Positions 27,765 to 41,798 of a stretch of 64,000 nucleotides of DNA are shown in pieces. Every line of letters begins with the position of its first letter. Position 1 is the stretch's first letter. The notes beneath the pieces were generated by a model. That model saw nothing but the letters and a program-made list of their open reading frames with translations. It searched no databases and was not told the origin of the DNA. Made by a program: the position numbers and the translations under genes. Source of the DNA: Eledone cirrhosa (Eukaryota); assembly GCA_964016885.1 (NCBI GenBank), contig CAXHJY010001591.1, forward strand, positions 62,001 through 126,000. The letters are read 5' to 3'.

Positions 27765-28730
27765 ATATATAAGAACAAAAGATGGTTAAAAGAGTTCCAT
27801 GTATTTTATTATGCGCATTTCAAAAACAAATATCATCATGTAATAATATTTGTGTTTTCATCAGATAAAACATGAAGACATGATATGAAGGTTGGAAAAC
27901 ACTTGTGGATAGTTCAGTTTTAAATCAACATATGAGAAGTAGTTTTAGATTGATGTGTGATATTGGGAAAAATATTTTATTTAGAGGGGGGGGTGAAAAA
28001 GAGGAGGAGATGAGAGTAAAAAGTGGAGAGGAAGGAGTATAATGAGGAAGGATGAGATAGGAGGAGAGATGGGTGATAGAGAGAGAGAGATAGCTTTTAT
28101 AACTGAGAAAAATATATTGTTTTACATAGAGAGGTTGAATACCGTTGGAAGATAATGTATAAGTTAAAAGAATTTGAAAATTAACGAAGAGAAAAATAAT
28201 GTTAAGTTAAGGTTTGTATATTGAAGCGTTTAATAATATGTGCGATGAAAAGAAAATGTTAATATGTATTAAGAATAATATTTAAGGGTTTAATAATATG
28301 TGCGATGGAAAGAAAAAGTTAATATGTATTAAGAATAATATTTAAGGGTTTAATAATATGTGCGATGGAAAGAAAATGTTGATATGTATTATTAAAGTAA
28401 GGATATATTGTGAGATGAGCATGAATAAGTTAGATGAAAGGGAGAAAAAAATAATGAATTGAGGATGAATAATCTAACGTCAAAAAAATGTTTATGTTTA
28501 CGAAGGATTTTTACAAGGTGATATAGAGTAAGAATGTATTGTATTATGTAATAATTGTTTCTATGTTAGGCAACAGTGAGAAAAGGTACAGATTAGGGGT
28601 TAGACATTAAAAGAAAAAGAGAAGAAAGGAAGTGATAAATAGGAGTGATATAGAATGAGTAACAAGTATTATATAATGTATAATAAATAACTTTGAAATA
28701 AGGTAGAAAGATGGGTATATTTTTAAAGAA

Positions 28731-28783
<53 letters not shown>

Positions 28784-28968
28784 TTTGAGAAAAGATTCTA
28801 AATTGATAAAGTTTTGGATATTAGCTGTATACTTTGTGGAATGTTTTGTGGAATTTATGCAAGCAGATAGAAAACAAGTCAGTGCGTCTATTTATTATAG
28901 AATCTAAATTAGATATAATGGTAAATTTTTCATTTAGACAGAGATTGCAAATTTTGGATAGAGAACTG
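27765..28968 (-). mobile_element. 3' part of Naiad-type PLE family B (end of GIY-YIG region, 3'UTR, hammerhead)
   Basis: SSLSKICNLCLNEKFTII...CLHKFHKTF; matches 56825-57980. Confidence 0.88.
27804..27870 (-). ncRNA. Type I hammerhead (family B); copies at 32019-32085, 54845-54911, 56867-56933
   Basis: Minus strand TTTTAT-CTGATGA-[acaaatattatt/gatgatatttgt]-GAAA-TGCGCA-TA-ATAAAA. Confidence 0.87.
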
Positions 28969-31530
28969 TACATCGAGGCTATGCAACCCCACATCACCAA
29001 CACGAGCGAAATTGCACAACAAACACACGATGGGAGAGAAAAAATCCTCAACGCTCACATGATGATGTGGACTGACATCCTAAAGCCAAGCAGACGCACT
29101 GCCAACAACTTCCAGGCGTCTAACAATGGAATACCACCCTTGTATGGGCTCCGCAAAGACCACAAGACAGTCGACGACCCAACAACAGGACCACCAACAA
29201 GACCCGTATGCGGAGCTAATATAGCTAGCAACTACAGGATCTCCTACTTCCTCTCAATGGTTATACGCCCCATAATCAAGATGTCCCCAGTTGTATGTGA
29301 CAGTACAGAGGACCTCCTCAGTAGAATCAGTGAGTGCAACAAAAACAGGAGCCTATCCAACTGCATAATAGGCAGCATGGATGTGGTGTCACTGTACCCA
29401 TCCATTAACATTGATTTTGCTGTGAAAAGATGTGTGGAGATGATCATTGAGAGTGAGGTGGAGTTCTGCGACGTCGACACAGACGAACTGGGCCTCCTAC
29501 TTAGACTTACCTACGACACTGACTACCTAGACAGCCATGACCTTAGATGTTTCTGCCCTAGTAGACCTATAAGAGGTAGACCCCCCCCCCCACCACCATA
29601 ACCTCAATGGCAAAAAAGACTCCCATGGGAAGGTGGATTGGGTGGAACAAAGCTATACGGACCCCCCAAAGCAATGATCAGGTAAGAAAAATGGTCGCAC
29701 ATGCAATAGGGGCTAGTATCAAAACTACCCTAAAGGGCCGCATATTTAAGTTCAATGAGAAAATCTACACCCAAAATGAGGGAGCAGCCATCGGCGTCAG
29801 CATAGCTGGTGATGTTGCCAACCTTTTCATGGTATAGTTGGAAAGGAGACTTCAAGATCTCCTTAATGAAAGCTCCATAGACCTCATCATGTACTCTCGT
29901 TATGTAGACGATATCAATATAGTTATAAGAACACCCCCACTAGAGAGCACTAACAAGTTTGATTTAGAACGTAGCACGATGGAAAGCATCCAGCAGATAG
30001 CTAATTCCATACACCAGAGTATAACTGTAACTATCGACTTCCCTTCCAAACACCCTAACAATAGACTACCTGTTTTAGACACAGAACTCTTGATTAACAC
30101 TATAGACGAGAGAGCCCAAATTCTCCACTCACACTATGCTAAACCCATGGCCTCCAAATACCTGATACTCAAAAACTCAGCAATGTCCAGTAGTGCTAAG
30201 TTTAATATTCTGATCGCAGATTTGGTACGAGTGATGAAGAATGTGTCCCGCATGTGCGACCCAACAGAAATGGAAAAACACATCCAACACTTCATCAACC
30301 GCATGCAGTTCTCTGGCTACAACCAAAGAGACAGTGTCAGAGTATACGAAGGAGCCATGGAAAAGTATAAGACACTCATAGAACTGGACATGAAAGGAAT
30401 TTGCCCATTATACAGGAGCAAATCATGGAATAGCTTAGATAGGGCTAGACATAAGATAGGGAAAGCCACCTCATGGTACGACAACCAGAGATACCAGAGT
30501 GTCATGTTTGTGGACGCCACCTCTGGAGGGAAATTAGCTAACCAGTGTAGAAAGGCCCTGAGAAAGACCCACTTAAAAATAAAGGTGGTAGAAAAGCCAG
30601 GAACCACCATAAAATCCCTGATCAGCAAAACCTACCCTTTTAAGAAAACCCACTGTACCAATAGGAAATGTATCATATGTAAGGTGAACCCCCGGATAAA
30701 CTGTAAAACTAGAAACGTAGTCTATAGCATAAGATGTACAGAGGGTACTTGCAGAAACATGACAACAACATACATAGGTGAGACAGCTCGTAGCATAGGT
30801 GAAAGGATAGACCAACACTGGGGGGAACTAAAAGGACGAAAAAACGGGTCAGTACTATACGAACATGCTAGACAACAACATGACGGTAACATAGACAACA
30901 TAGAAATTAGAATAATATCTAAACATAGAAATGACCCAGCAGATAGGCAAATCAGAGAGGCCAGTGAAATGGAAATTAGAAGACCAAAGCTAAAAAGAAA
31001 GAATGAATGGAATAACAACAATACCCAAACAAACAACACTGACCTAAGAGAAGTATAAATAAGTAAATAAAATAAGATAAATAAATAAATAAATAAATAC
31101 ATACACAAGCACAATAACAACAAGCACATAAACACACACTAGTCACCCATCACACAACAAACATAACACTATACACACACGCAAACGCATACGCAAAGAA
31201 AACAAAATAAAATAAACAAACAAGCAAATAAATAAATATATAGACAGACTGAATAAAAATGGCGTAGACATACAACACAACAGGAGGAAAATATAACATC
31301 ACTGACGATGTTGCAGATGTGCAACGAAAGATTTATGATAAACTATATATATGTGTTTGTGTCTATATTATATCTGTATTATTTTTTGACCGTCGGTCAG
31401 TCAATGGTAACATTGAGGACCGAGTAAGTTAGATTACCGATATAAAAGACAGCGAGAAGCGAAAACCAACCAAACAGTGAGTGTGTTCTGTTATTAATTC
31501 TGGCAATATTACATAAATATGACCCTCCCC
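28969..31530 (+). mobile_element. 5'-truncated Neptune-like PLE (family N); ORF to 31058 with a frameshift and a stop
   Basis: GPPTRPV, SMDVVSLYPSI, GAAIGVSIAGDVANLFM, RYVDDI, LPVLDT, CTNRKCIIC, VVY..YIGETAR. Confidence 0.9.
31298..31339 (+). ncRNA. Type I hammerhead (family N); copies at 60815-60856 and 63237-63278
   Basis: ATCA-CTGACGA-t[gttgca/tgcaac]-GAAA-GATT-TA-TGAT. Confidence 0.82.
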
Positions 31531-31608
<78 letters not shown>

Positions 31609-31641
31609 GTATATATATATATATGTATATATATATATGTA

Positions 31642-31900
31642 TAACAAAACCTGGCAAAGGAGCCCTTAAGAGTCAATGGCCATTCAAAATCACTGGGAGA
31701 GATGACCCATTAGCCTTTGTTAAGGCAGAATTCTAGGAGAAGGAAAACTCTGATATAACACCTGCAACCCTGGTGGTTACCAATGATGTTGACTTGTTCT
31801 TCTTTTTGGTAAATATCATCTTGGTTAAGAGAGTGGGACTGGCTTTGTGCAGTGCCTTTGCTCACTATAAAAGCTTCACGGCACAGGCATTGCTTTATAT
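31642..31900 (+). mobile_element. Fragment of the RTE-derived element seen at 6738-7192
   Basis: Near-identical to 6742-6988, including ctaggagaaggaaaactctga. Confidence 0.8.
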
Positions 31901-31977
31901 ATGTATATATATATATATATATCTACACATATATATATACATATATTCATATATATATACACATATATATATACACA

Positions 31978-34900
31978 TAATATATAAGATCAAAAGATGG
32001 TTAAAGGAGTTCCATGTATTTTATTATGCGCATTTCAAAAACAAACATCATCATGCAATAATATTTGTGTTTTCATCAGATAAAACAGGAGAACATGATA
32101 TGAAGGCTAAAAAACACTTGTGGATAGTGCAGTTTTAAATCAACATATGAAAAGTGGTTTTAGATTGATGTGTGATATTGGGAAAATATTTTATTTAGAG
32201 AGGGGGGTGGGTGGAAAGGATGAAAAAGGGGAGGAGATGAGAGTGAAAGGTGGAGAGGGAGAGATGGGTGATAGAGAGAAAGAGATAGTTTTTATAACTG
32301 AGAAAAGATATATTGTTTTACATAGAGAGGTTGAAAACCGTTGGAAGATAATGTATAAATTAAAAGAATTTGAAAATTAACGAAGGGAAAAATATGTACG
32401 AGGAAAAAATATTTTATTTAGGGAGGGGGGGAGGATGAAAAAAGGGGAGGAGATGAGAGTGAAGGTGGAGAGGGAGAGATGGGTGATAGAGAGAAAGAGA
32501 TAGTTTTTATAACTGAGAAAAGATATATTGTTTTACATAGAGAGGTTGAGAACCGTTGGAAGATAATGTATAAATTAAAAGAATTTGAAAATTAACGAAG
32601 GGAAAAATATGTACGAGGAAAAAATATTTTATTTAGGGAGGGGGGGGATTAAAAAAGGGGAGGAGATGAGAGTGAAGGTGGAGAGGGAGAGATGGGTGAT
32701 AGAGAGAAAGAGATAGTTTTTATAACTGAGAAAAGATATATTGTTTTACATAGAGAGGTTGAGAACCGTTGGAAGATAATGTATAAATTAAAAGAATTTG
32801 AAAATTAACGAAGGGAAAAATATGTACGAGGAAAGAGAGGGAGTTGATATGTATGAAGATAGAGAGAAAAAATAATAATTGCGGGTGAATATTCTAACGT
32901 CAAAAGGTGTATGTTTATAAGTATTGTGGCAATTTCAAAATTAACGAAGAGAAAAAATTATTAAGGTTTGTGTGTAGAAGGATTTGAGAAAAATAATGTG
33001 AAGTTAAAGTTTGTATATTGAAGGAATTGATAATATGTGCGAAGAAAGAGTTAATATGTATTAAAAAATTATTAAGGTTTGTGTATTAGATGATTTGAGA
33101 AAAATAATGTGAAGTTAAGGTTTGTATATTGAAGGAATTGATAATATGTGCGAAGAAAGAGTTAATATGTATTAAGAATGAGTTCGTTGATGGGGAGAAA
33201 AAAATAATAAATTAAGGATGAAATTGAGATTAAAAAGTTTTATGATAGAGAGATAAAAATAATAATTGCGGATGAATATTCTAACGTCAAAAAAACAAAT
33301 GTATATGTTATGAAGGATTTTACAAGGTGAAGATAGATTGAGGGTAATGAGTAAACAAGTATTATAGAGTGTATAATGCCCTTTGAAGTAAGGTAGGAAG
33401 ATGGGTATATTTTAAAGAGGTGTATGTATATGTGCCTTTGAGAAAAGATTCTAAATTGATAAAGAATTGAATATTAGCTGTGTACTTTGTGAAAAGTCCT
33501 ATGGAATTTATGCAGGCAGATAGAAAACAAATCTGTACGTCTATTTATTATAGAATCTAGATTAGAGATAATGGTAAATTTTTCATTTAGGCAGAGATTA
33601 CAGATTTTAGATAGAGAGCTGTTCAAGTATGAGGACGCAGAAGAAACCTTCTTCCAAAAGATGGTATATTTAATGTTTTTGTCTTTCAAGGACCATATGA
33701 GTTCTGAGAGAGCCGTGTTGGTTCTTTTAAGTTTGTATTTAAAGGATGAATGGTGATTATAGAGACGAGCTTTAAAAGAGGTGGAAGTGGAGCCAAAATA
33801 GGTGAAGGAATTGGTGCTAGTTATAACTTTACATTCATAAATTAAGTTTTTATCAAGACAATGGTTGTTGAGAGGACATTTATTTTTAATGCGGCAGTTG
33901 CAATTTAGAGAGATTATTAATGAGTGACCTAATGTTATCTATAGAAGGAATTGGATTGGAGAAGTTGTTTGCGATAGCAATAATAGGAATAATAGTTTCT
34001 TGATTTAGAGTTGGATTATGAACATTTAGCGAAGTTGTGTTTAACGTTGTATTTGGGTTTACAGAAGTTAGCCTAGGGTTTACAATGACGTCGGGAGTAC
34101 TATTACTGTTATTATGAAATTCAATGTTGGAAGGAAGAGATTTAGTATTTAGTATTTTATTGTTGTGTTTAGAGATGATGTTGGAAATATTGGAGGATGT
34201 AGAATAATAAAATTTGATGGTGTGTTTGTTAAATATTTTACTATAGATATGTGAGGTAGGGAAGCATTTATTTAAGGCACTAAAAAATAATTTAGGAATA
34301 TTGTTATTAATAGAGATGGAGAAAGGAGCATTATACCAGATTATGTTTTTGTATCTAGGTCTTTTATTAGAGTTATTGGAATGATCATGATTAATTATTC
34401 TACTGTAAGTTTTTCTAGAATTTGTTTCTTTACTATATTTGATTTTATCTGGATAACCGGCTTTAGAAAGTGCGTTATTATAGTAATTGGCGTTAGCATC
34501 AAAGATGTTTTTATTAGAAGATATGTTAGATATTCTTTTTCCAATATTACTAACTATAGCATTCTTGATATTGGTAGGATGGTTAGATTTAAAGTTAACA
34601 TAATTTAGGTTCTCATTGTTTTTATGGTAAGGGTAATATAGGCCAGTGTCAAGATTAAGAGATACATCCAAGAAATTAGCTAGTTTGATGCTATTATCAA
34701 ATTCAATTTTTAGGTTATGTTGGTTAAAGAGATTACGTATATTGTTCTTAATAATATTAAGGTTAACTATATTGCAATTTAAGATAGTAAAGAGTCCATC
34801 GTCACGATAAATTCCACCGCGAAGTTGAGGAATTTTCCGACTCAAAGAGTTCAAAATAAAGATACCAATTAAATCAGTCAATTGGGATGAATCGGATGCT

Positions 34901-35003
34901 CCCATTGTGATGTCGAAGTTGTTAGAGGTATCGGCTCTGGTCCAATATTCGTTGTTGAACTCTAGGATGGTTTTACATGCGGTGAGGATGATGTGAAGTT
35001 CAT
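31978..35003 (-). mobile_element. 5'-truncated Naiad-type PLE family B (RT to GIY-YIG, ORF remnants 33474-35003)
   Basis: FDITMGASDSSQLTDLIG, IYRDDG, ANFLDVSLNL, CNLC; hammerhead 32019-32085. Confidence 0.9.
32183..32833. repeat. Three tandem ~216-bp copies within the family B 3'UTR
   Basis: aaaatattttatttag...gaaaaatatgtacgaggaaa repeated three times. Confidence 0.9.
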
Positions 35004-35523
35004 GTATATATATACACATATATATATATACATATATATATATATACACATATATACATACATATATATATACACATATATATACATATATATATATACA
35101 CACACATATATACATATATATATATATATACACACATATATATATATAGTGTAATCTTCCCCATGCCTTATTATACACTATTAATTATAGATTATTATTA
35201 TTACTCTTTTTCCATTTCTAATTACCTCATGTACTTTCTCCTCCGCTATATATATATATATATATATTGTACGCCCTTTGTGTTTGTGTAGCCTCTGCGC
35301 ACCCTCTGCACCATACTATCGACGCCACCCCATCTATGGTTCAGCTAACCACCCGACTCCCGGGAATGAATATGACTGCAGCTAGTAAACAAGGACCCAC
35401 ACCCCACCCTCCCGCACCAAAATTAGACTTATCGTCCCCTACTTTTGCTCTTTACTCTCTTTACTCTTTGTTCTTGAATGTTTGGTTGGTAGAGTCCATA
35501 ACACCAATCAAACCCCTTTTATA

Positions 35524-35568
35524 GCTCTGACGAATCCTACGGTTACGTAAGGAAGAAACATTGTAAGC
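35524..35568 (+). ncRNA. Type I hammerhead (family I) in a probable PLE 3' remnant 35270-35613
   Basis: GCT-CTGACGA-a[tcctacg/cgtaagga]a-GAAA-CATTG-TA-AGC then AATAAA; upstream QLTTRLPGMN resembles a PLE C-terminus. Confidence 0.78.
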
Positions 35569-35772
35569 CAATAAAAATCTTTTGATGTTGTAGACGCTCT
35601 TGTGTTCTTTTTCATATATGTATATATATATATATATACACATATATACACACATATATATATATACATATATATATATGTGTATATATATATGTATATA
35701 TATATATATATATATGCATATATATATATATGCATATACATATGCATATATATATGTATGTATATATAAAAT

Positions 35773-36196
35773 ACAATATGTTGAAAAGGTAACACACTAG
35801 AGAGAGATACAGTGTGCTATCAATAAAACAGGGAAAAACCACCAGTGTATGGAATCTATAACCTATGAAAGGCAGAGTATACACATGATAATTAAAAATA
35901 TAAATTAAAGCGTAAATAAATACCTCTATAACTATATAACATATGTATAAATCCACTGATGAACCGCGGTTATTTCATTTCTTTCAACAACTTACTGGCG
36001 AAACAGATCACTTTGGATTTGTACGTGTGTTATATAGTTATAGAGGTATTTATTTACGCTTAAATTTATTTTTTTGATTATCGTGTGTATACTCTGCCTT
36101 TCATAGGTTATAGATTCCATACACTGGTGGTTTGTCCCTGTTTTATTGATAGCACACTGTATATCTCTCTAGTGTGTTACCTTTTCAACATATTGT
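35773..36196 (+). other. 183-bp inverted repeat whose 58-nt loop is a hammerhead core (family J)
   Basis: Arms 35773-35955 and 36014-36196; loop CTGATGA...GAAA-CAGATCAC-TT. Confidence 0.8.
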
Positions 36197-36289
36197 TTTT
36201 TAAAGAGCTCAGGATTTCCTCTCCTTTGAGCACATTATTTACAGGGAATGACGAGAGTTTATAGCTCCGTTAATGTATCGTGTATGTAT

Positions 36290-36321
<32 letters not shown>

Positions 36322-36322
<1 letters not shown>

Positions 36323-39230
36323 ATAGTGATGGCTATGATGGAATCCATGGAGGCTATGGGTTAGCTAATAGAAATGAGGAAGGCTTCAGAATCCTGGAAT
36401 TCTGTGACGCTAATAACCTAACTATCTGTAACACAAACTTCAAAAAACGAGAAAATCACTTAATCACCTATCGATCAAGGGAACACACCAGCCAGATAGA
36501 TTATATCCTTACTAGAAGACGTAACAAAGTGTCTGTTGTAAACACTAAATCCCTCCCCCATGAAGAATGCACCTCCGAACATAGCCTAGTAGTTAGTGAC
36601 CGCATAGTCAGGAATAGACATACTCGACAACAGAGGAGGCCTACCTTAAGGAGAAGAATATGGAAATTGAAGGACCCCAGAGCCAGTGACAAATTTAAAA
36701 GCGTATTACTTGATGCCTTTGACAATAAGGAAGAGCAATTAGAGATGTACAATATAGAGGAACAGTGGGAATTCTTGAAAGTTAACCTACTAAAACCGAC
36801 GGATGAAATCTGTGGCTGGAGCAGACCTATAGGCAGGAGGAGAGTAACATGGTGGTGGAACAGTAAGGTGGAGGAGAAAATCAAGGCCAAAAAGCAGGCT
36901 TGAAATGTATGGCAGGATGGGGGAAGTAGAGAACACTATCAAGCGGCCAGGATAGAAGCTAGGAGACAATTGTACCTTGCAAAAAGGGAATCAGAGGATA
37001 GAAAGTTCAAGCATGTTCTACAATGTGAGGACCAAAAACGTGAGGTGTTCAGGATTGCTAGACATTGTATCAAGGAAAACCGTGATATTGTTGGGGAGAA
37101 GTGTGTCTGTAATGATAATGGTGTACTTGCCCTCACTGACTCTGATAAGAAGGTAGCTTAGAAGTGTCACTACGAGAGACTATTAAATGAGGAGAATAAA
37201 TGGGATAAAGATAGTCTGCCCCAAATCGATCCAATAGAAGGACCAGCGGGGCAAGTTAAAAGTAGTATAATAAGTAAGGCAATCAAATATATGAAAACAG
37301 GCAAGGTAGCTGGGCCTTCGGAGATAGTTGCTGAGATGCTGAAAGCATCTGGAATGGTGGGACATACTATGGTCACCCGTATAGTAAACCAAGTAATACA
37401 GAATGGGGTCAAACCAAATGTCTGGCGTAGCATCATCATCATTAACTGCTACAAGGGTAAAGGGGATGCTCTAGATAGGGGAAACTGAGGAGGCATTAAG
37501 TTAGTTGACCAGGTCATCAAGGTCACAGAAAGAGTTATAGCGCAACTAATCAGAGAACGAATTGATCTAGATGAAATGCAGTTTGGGTTTGTGTCAGGTA
37601 AAAGTACCACAGACGCTCTTTTCCTTGTACGACAACTACAGGAGAAGTACCTAGCTAAAAGTAAACCCCACTACTTAGCTTTTGTAGACCTGGAGAAAGC
37701 ATTTGACAGAGTCCCCTGCTCCATTATCTGGTAGACTCTTAGAAAACTAGGTGTGAGAGCTACACCAGCCATGTATAAAGAAACAGTCAACAACAAATAT
37801 AGTGAAGAATTTAGCGTAAAAGATGCTGTTCATCAGGGCTCCGTCCTTAGCTCCCTCCTATTTATTATTGCTCATCTGGCTATAACAGAGGAGTTTAAGA
37901 CCGGCTGCCCATGGGAACTTCTCTATGCAGATGATCTAACGCTCATAGCTGAATCGATGGCTGAACTAGAGAAGAAATTCCAAACATGGAAGCATGGCCT
38001 AGAATCAAAAGGCCTTAAAGTTAACTTGCCTAAGACTAAAGTTCTAGTATGTAGAAAGGAAAATAGAGTACAGGTGCCCTCTGGGAAATGACCATGCTCA
38101 GTGTGTAGGAAAGGAGTAGGCAGAAATTCCATTTTATGTCCCAAATGTAAACTATCTAAGAATGTAGATTTTATATGTGGCCGATGCTCAGGTGCAATAA
38201 GTAGCAAGTACCCACAGGATACTAGCTCCTTCTATTGCCCAGATGGTTCTATAAAAATAGTGGACACTTTCCGTTACCTGGGTAACAAAATCAGCAGTGG
38301 TGGAGGGTGTTCTGAAAGTACAGTAGCCAGAGTTAAAACGGGATGGAAAAAGTTCAAAGAGCTTATACCGCAGTTGGCCACAAAAGGTTTCTCTCTAAAA
38401 AGGAAAGGCAGATTGTATGATGCCTGTATACGAACAGCAATGCTACATGATAGTGAAACATGGGCATTGTGTGCAGAGGACCTGCGCAGACTGGAAAGGA
38501 ACGAAGCATGCATGCTCCATTGGATGTGTAATAGTAATATACGTGAATGGCAAAGCATAAATGAACTAAGTGAGAAATTAGAAATAAGAGGGATCAGATG
38601 CTGTTTACTTGAGAGAAGACTACATTGGTATGGTCACGTGATGCGCATGAAATTCGACAGCTGTATAAAAAAAAGTGCAGGGCGATCAAAATTGATGGAA
38701 GTTACGGAGTAGGTACACCCAGAAAAACCTGGGACGATTTGATAAATTCCGACCTTACACAGTTGCTCCTCTCTAAGACAATGTCACTGGACCAAGATCT
38801 TTGGCGCCATGCAGTAATTCAGAAGACCCGCCTTGCCTATGTACAAAGCGTAACCTACAGTCAGTAGGCACCTCTTAACCAAATATACACCCCAATCCAC
38901 TACCCCCACTCCATCCTCCCACTCCAACCAAAACCACCCTTTCTCTGTAAAGTTGGTACCACAACATCCAGTCCAAATAAATGAAATAATGAGATCGAGA
39001 TTGTGTAGGTGTCACAACAAAAAACACAGTCCATGCTGTAATACGCTAAAAAGTTCTCAGTCCACACTGTAAATGTCGTTGGCGTCAGAAAGGGCATCCA
39101 GCCGTAGAAAACCTGCCAGATCGTCCTGTATGAGCGAGACACAGTCACCCGACCAACCTTGCCTCAAATTGGGACAACTCCCGTTCAACGCATGTTAGCG
39201 TGGAAGATGGACGTTAAACGATGATGATGA
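36322..39230 (+). mobile_element. Degenerate RTE-clade LINE (end of APE endonuclease, RT, Cys-rich insert, 3'UTR, GAT tail)
   Basis: SQIDYIL, MQFGF, FVDLEKAFD, VHQGSVLS, LLYADD, CSVCRKGVGRNSILC; several stops and frameshifts. Confidence 0.9.
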
Positions 39231-39238
39231 ATAAATAA

Positions 39239-39303
39239 CATATATTGATGATTGAAAGCAGACGTGTCAAGCTCGTCTGTCTTCATGAAACTTTTGGTAA
39301 ATG
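39239..39303 (+). ncRNA. Possible decayed hammerhead
   Basis: TTGATGA-t[tgaaagcagacg/cgtctgtcttca]t-GAAA...TA; stems I and III are poor. Confidence 0.35.
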
Positions 39304-39334
39304 AAATAATTATATATGTATCTATATGTGTGTG

Positions 39335-39365
<31 letters not shown>

Positions 39366-40067
39366 ATATATATCAACTAGAAATTGATTGACATATATAT
39401 ATATATAAAATAAACATACGAAACAATCATTGGGAATAATTTGTAAAGTGTGTGAGCACACACAGCTAGGTAGGTAACTAATTAAAGTTTAACTAGAACT
39501 TCAAATATCGATACCTTTTTAAATGATTAATCTCCTTTGTATATATTTCATTAAAGAAATATATTTCACCATCAATCGGTAAATCACAGTAGTCAAATCC
39601 TGGATTTTCAATAAGTGAGAAGATTTAACTATCTGTATTTACACAGCAAATGCAAATCTATGAATTACTCGTAGCATGTGTTGCATTTTTTAAAAATACA
39701 CACATCGTACCAGCGTCATCCCAGTGGCGTGAATAGGATTATCGACAGCTAGAAATAGCAGCCGAGTCCTTTCAACTGAGTTAGCTCTACAATTAAGGGG
39801 CTGTATATATATCCAAAATTAAATTAAGGGTGCCATGACCGAGAGACATGTGTATATATATGTATATGTGTATATATATATATATGTGTATATGTATATA
39901 TATATGTGTGTATATATATGTATATATATATATGTATATATATGTGTATATATATATATGTATATATATGTGTATATATATGTATGTGTATATATATGTA
40001 TGTGTATATATATGTATATATATATATATGTATATATATGTATATGTATATATATGTATATATATAC

Positions 40068-41322
40068 AGTATTTACGTATCGAGAAAGAGAAAAAAGGGG
40101 AGGATAGGTGATACATATAGTTATTTGCCAAGTAGCGTATGCCAAAGGTGCTCGATACTAGTGCCGGCAGTATTAAATATTCGAAGTGTTAATATTTAGT
40201 GGGCTGGAGAGTTAGCAGAGCGTAAGCACGTGGGAAAGTAAGAAATCCGAAAGTAAGAAGACCGTTAAAACATGTTTATTTAAAACAGCACCTACGTACG
40301 TTTCGCCCAGTTGGGCTTCTCAAGGGCATAAATAATCAAAAGTGTTCCTTATATTGCTCGGAAAGAGTTTTTGGGGTTAAATCCACATCAAGGTTCATTG
40401 CTCGCAAAAATAGCTTGTTTTGATTTTGCAGCAGGTCAAGGGAGGTAACTCTGTCGCGGCAGTTGCAATTTCTGTCGCGGTTCCGTCTATTTCCCACGGT
40501 AAGGCTATCATTGTTGACGCTGCCCCCATAGAGGATACTGCTTGACTGATAGGGTTATATATAGATGCACTATTACTAGCCACAATAGCGTTAAACATTA
40601 TATAGGGGCTACCTCCGGCCCGTTCAAAATTAGGTTTCGAACACATCTCCTCTCTTTCACAAATAGAAAACTAAGGCACTCCACTTCGCTCGCGGACTAC
40701 ATCACATCACTAAAGGACTTAAACATCAGCTTCTCCACGCACTGGGAGATTGTCGGCAGGGCTGCACCGTACAACTTCAAGAGGAAATGCGATATTTGCC
40801 TCATGGAGCTCTACCACATCATAACTGCACCCCACGAGCTCATCAACAGCAGAGCTGAAACAGCCATAAGTTGTACACATCGCTTAAAAATATCCTTCTT
40901 CAGATGGGTTAAGGATGAGGAGTGAAACCGTGCACCGGATCTCCCTGCAACAAGTCTTAACACCCCGGCGGGCAGGCGCTGCAAAATAACACCCAGGAAA
41001 CAATCCTTGCATACCAGACCCAGCCTCAAACGACTCAGAAAAACGGATGCGGCAAAAAAAAAAAAAAAAAATTTGTCTGGGAAAGACTGCCCTAACACCG
41101 GCCAGAGTTACCTCCCTTGACCTGCTGCAAAATCAAAACAAGCTATTTTTGCGAGCAATGAACCTTGATGTGGATTTAACCCCCAAAACTCTTTCCGAGC
41201 AATATAAGGAACACTTTTGATTATTTATGCCCTTGAGAAACCCAACTGGGCGAAACGTACGTAGGTGCTGTTTTAAATAAACATGTTTTAACGGTCTATT
41301 ATCCGATTTCTTACTTTCCCAC

Positions 41323-41323
<1 letters not shown>
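40068..41323 (+). mobile_element. Heavily 5'-truncated Naiad-type PLE family C: inverted 3' cap 40068-40452, GIY-YIG 40521-40925, 3' end to 41323
   Basis: CPHRGYCL, VIYRC..HYIGATSG.FKIRF..H, CDIC, CTHR; 40228-40452 is inverted at 41104-41323. Confidence 0.9.
41229..41268 (+). ncRNA. Hammerhead, U3-A8 core variant (family C); mirror at 40288-40327(-)
   Basis: GCCC-TTGAGAA-[(g/a)ccc aact gggc]-GAAA-CGTACG-TA-GGTGC; stem I needs a bulge. Confidence 0.7.
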
Positions 41324-41389
<66 letters not shown>

Positions 41390-41562
41390 TATGTATGTAT
41401 ATATGTATATATGTATGTATATATATATATATGTATGTATATATGTATGTATATATATATATATATATATATGTGTGTATATATATATGTATACATACAT
41501 ATATATATATACATACATATATATATATATACATATATATACATACATATATATACATATAT

Positions 41563-41623
41563 GATGGCTGCCCCCTCGTTATCGAGTATGGCCATTGCAC
41601 AAAAAAAAAAAAAAAAAAAAAAA

Positions 41624-41681
<58 letters not shown>

Positions 41682-41760
41682 GCAATAATAATAATAACGA
41701 CAACAACAATAATAATATACATATTCATATATATATACACACACACGCACGCACATAAGC

Positions 41761-41798
<38 letters not shown>

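Noticed and set aside
28834-29601. Single 255-aa protein
   Set aside because: Chimeric frame: antisense family B sequence reading into the family N RT at 28969
32183-32833. CRISPR-like array
   Set aside because: Whole-unit tandem duplications without unique spacers, in a eukaryotic retroelement UTR
39375-39845. Host exon or gene
   Set aside because: No ORF or recognisable protein similarity; partly SINE-like; left unassigned
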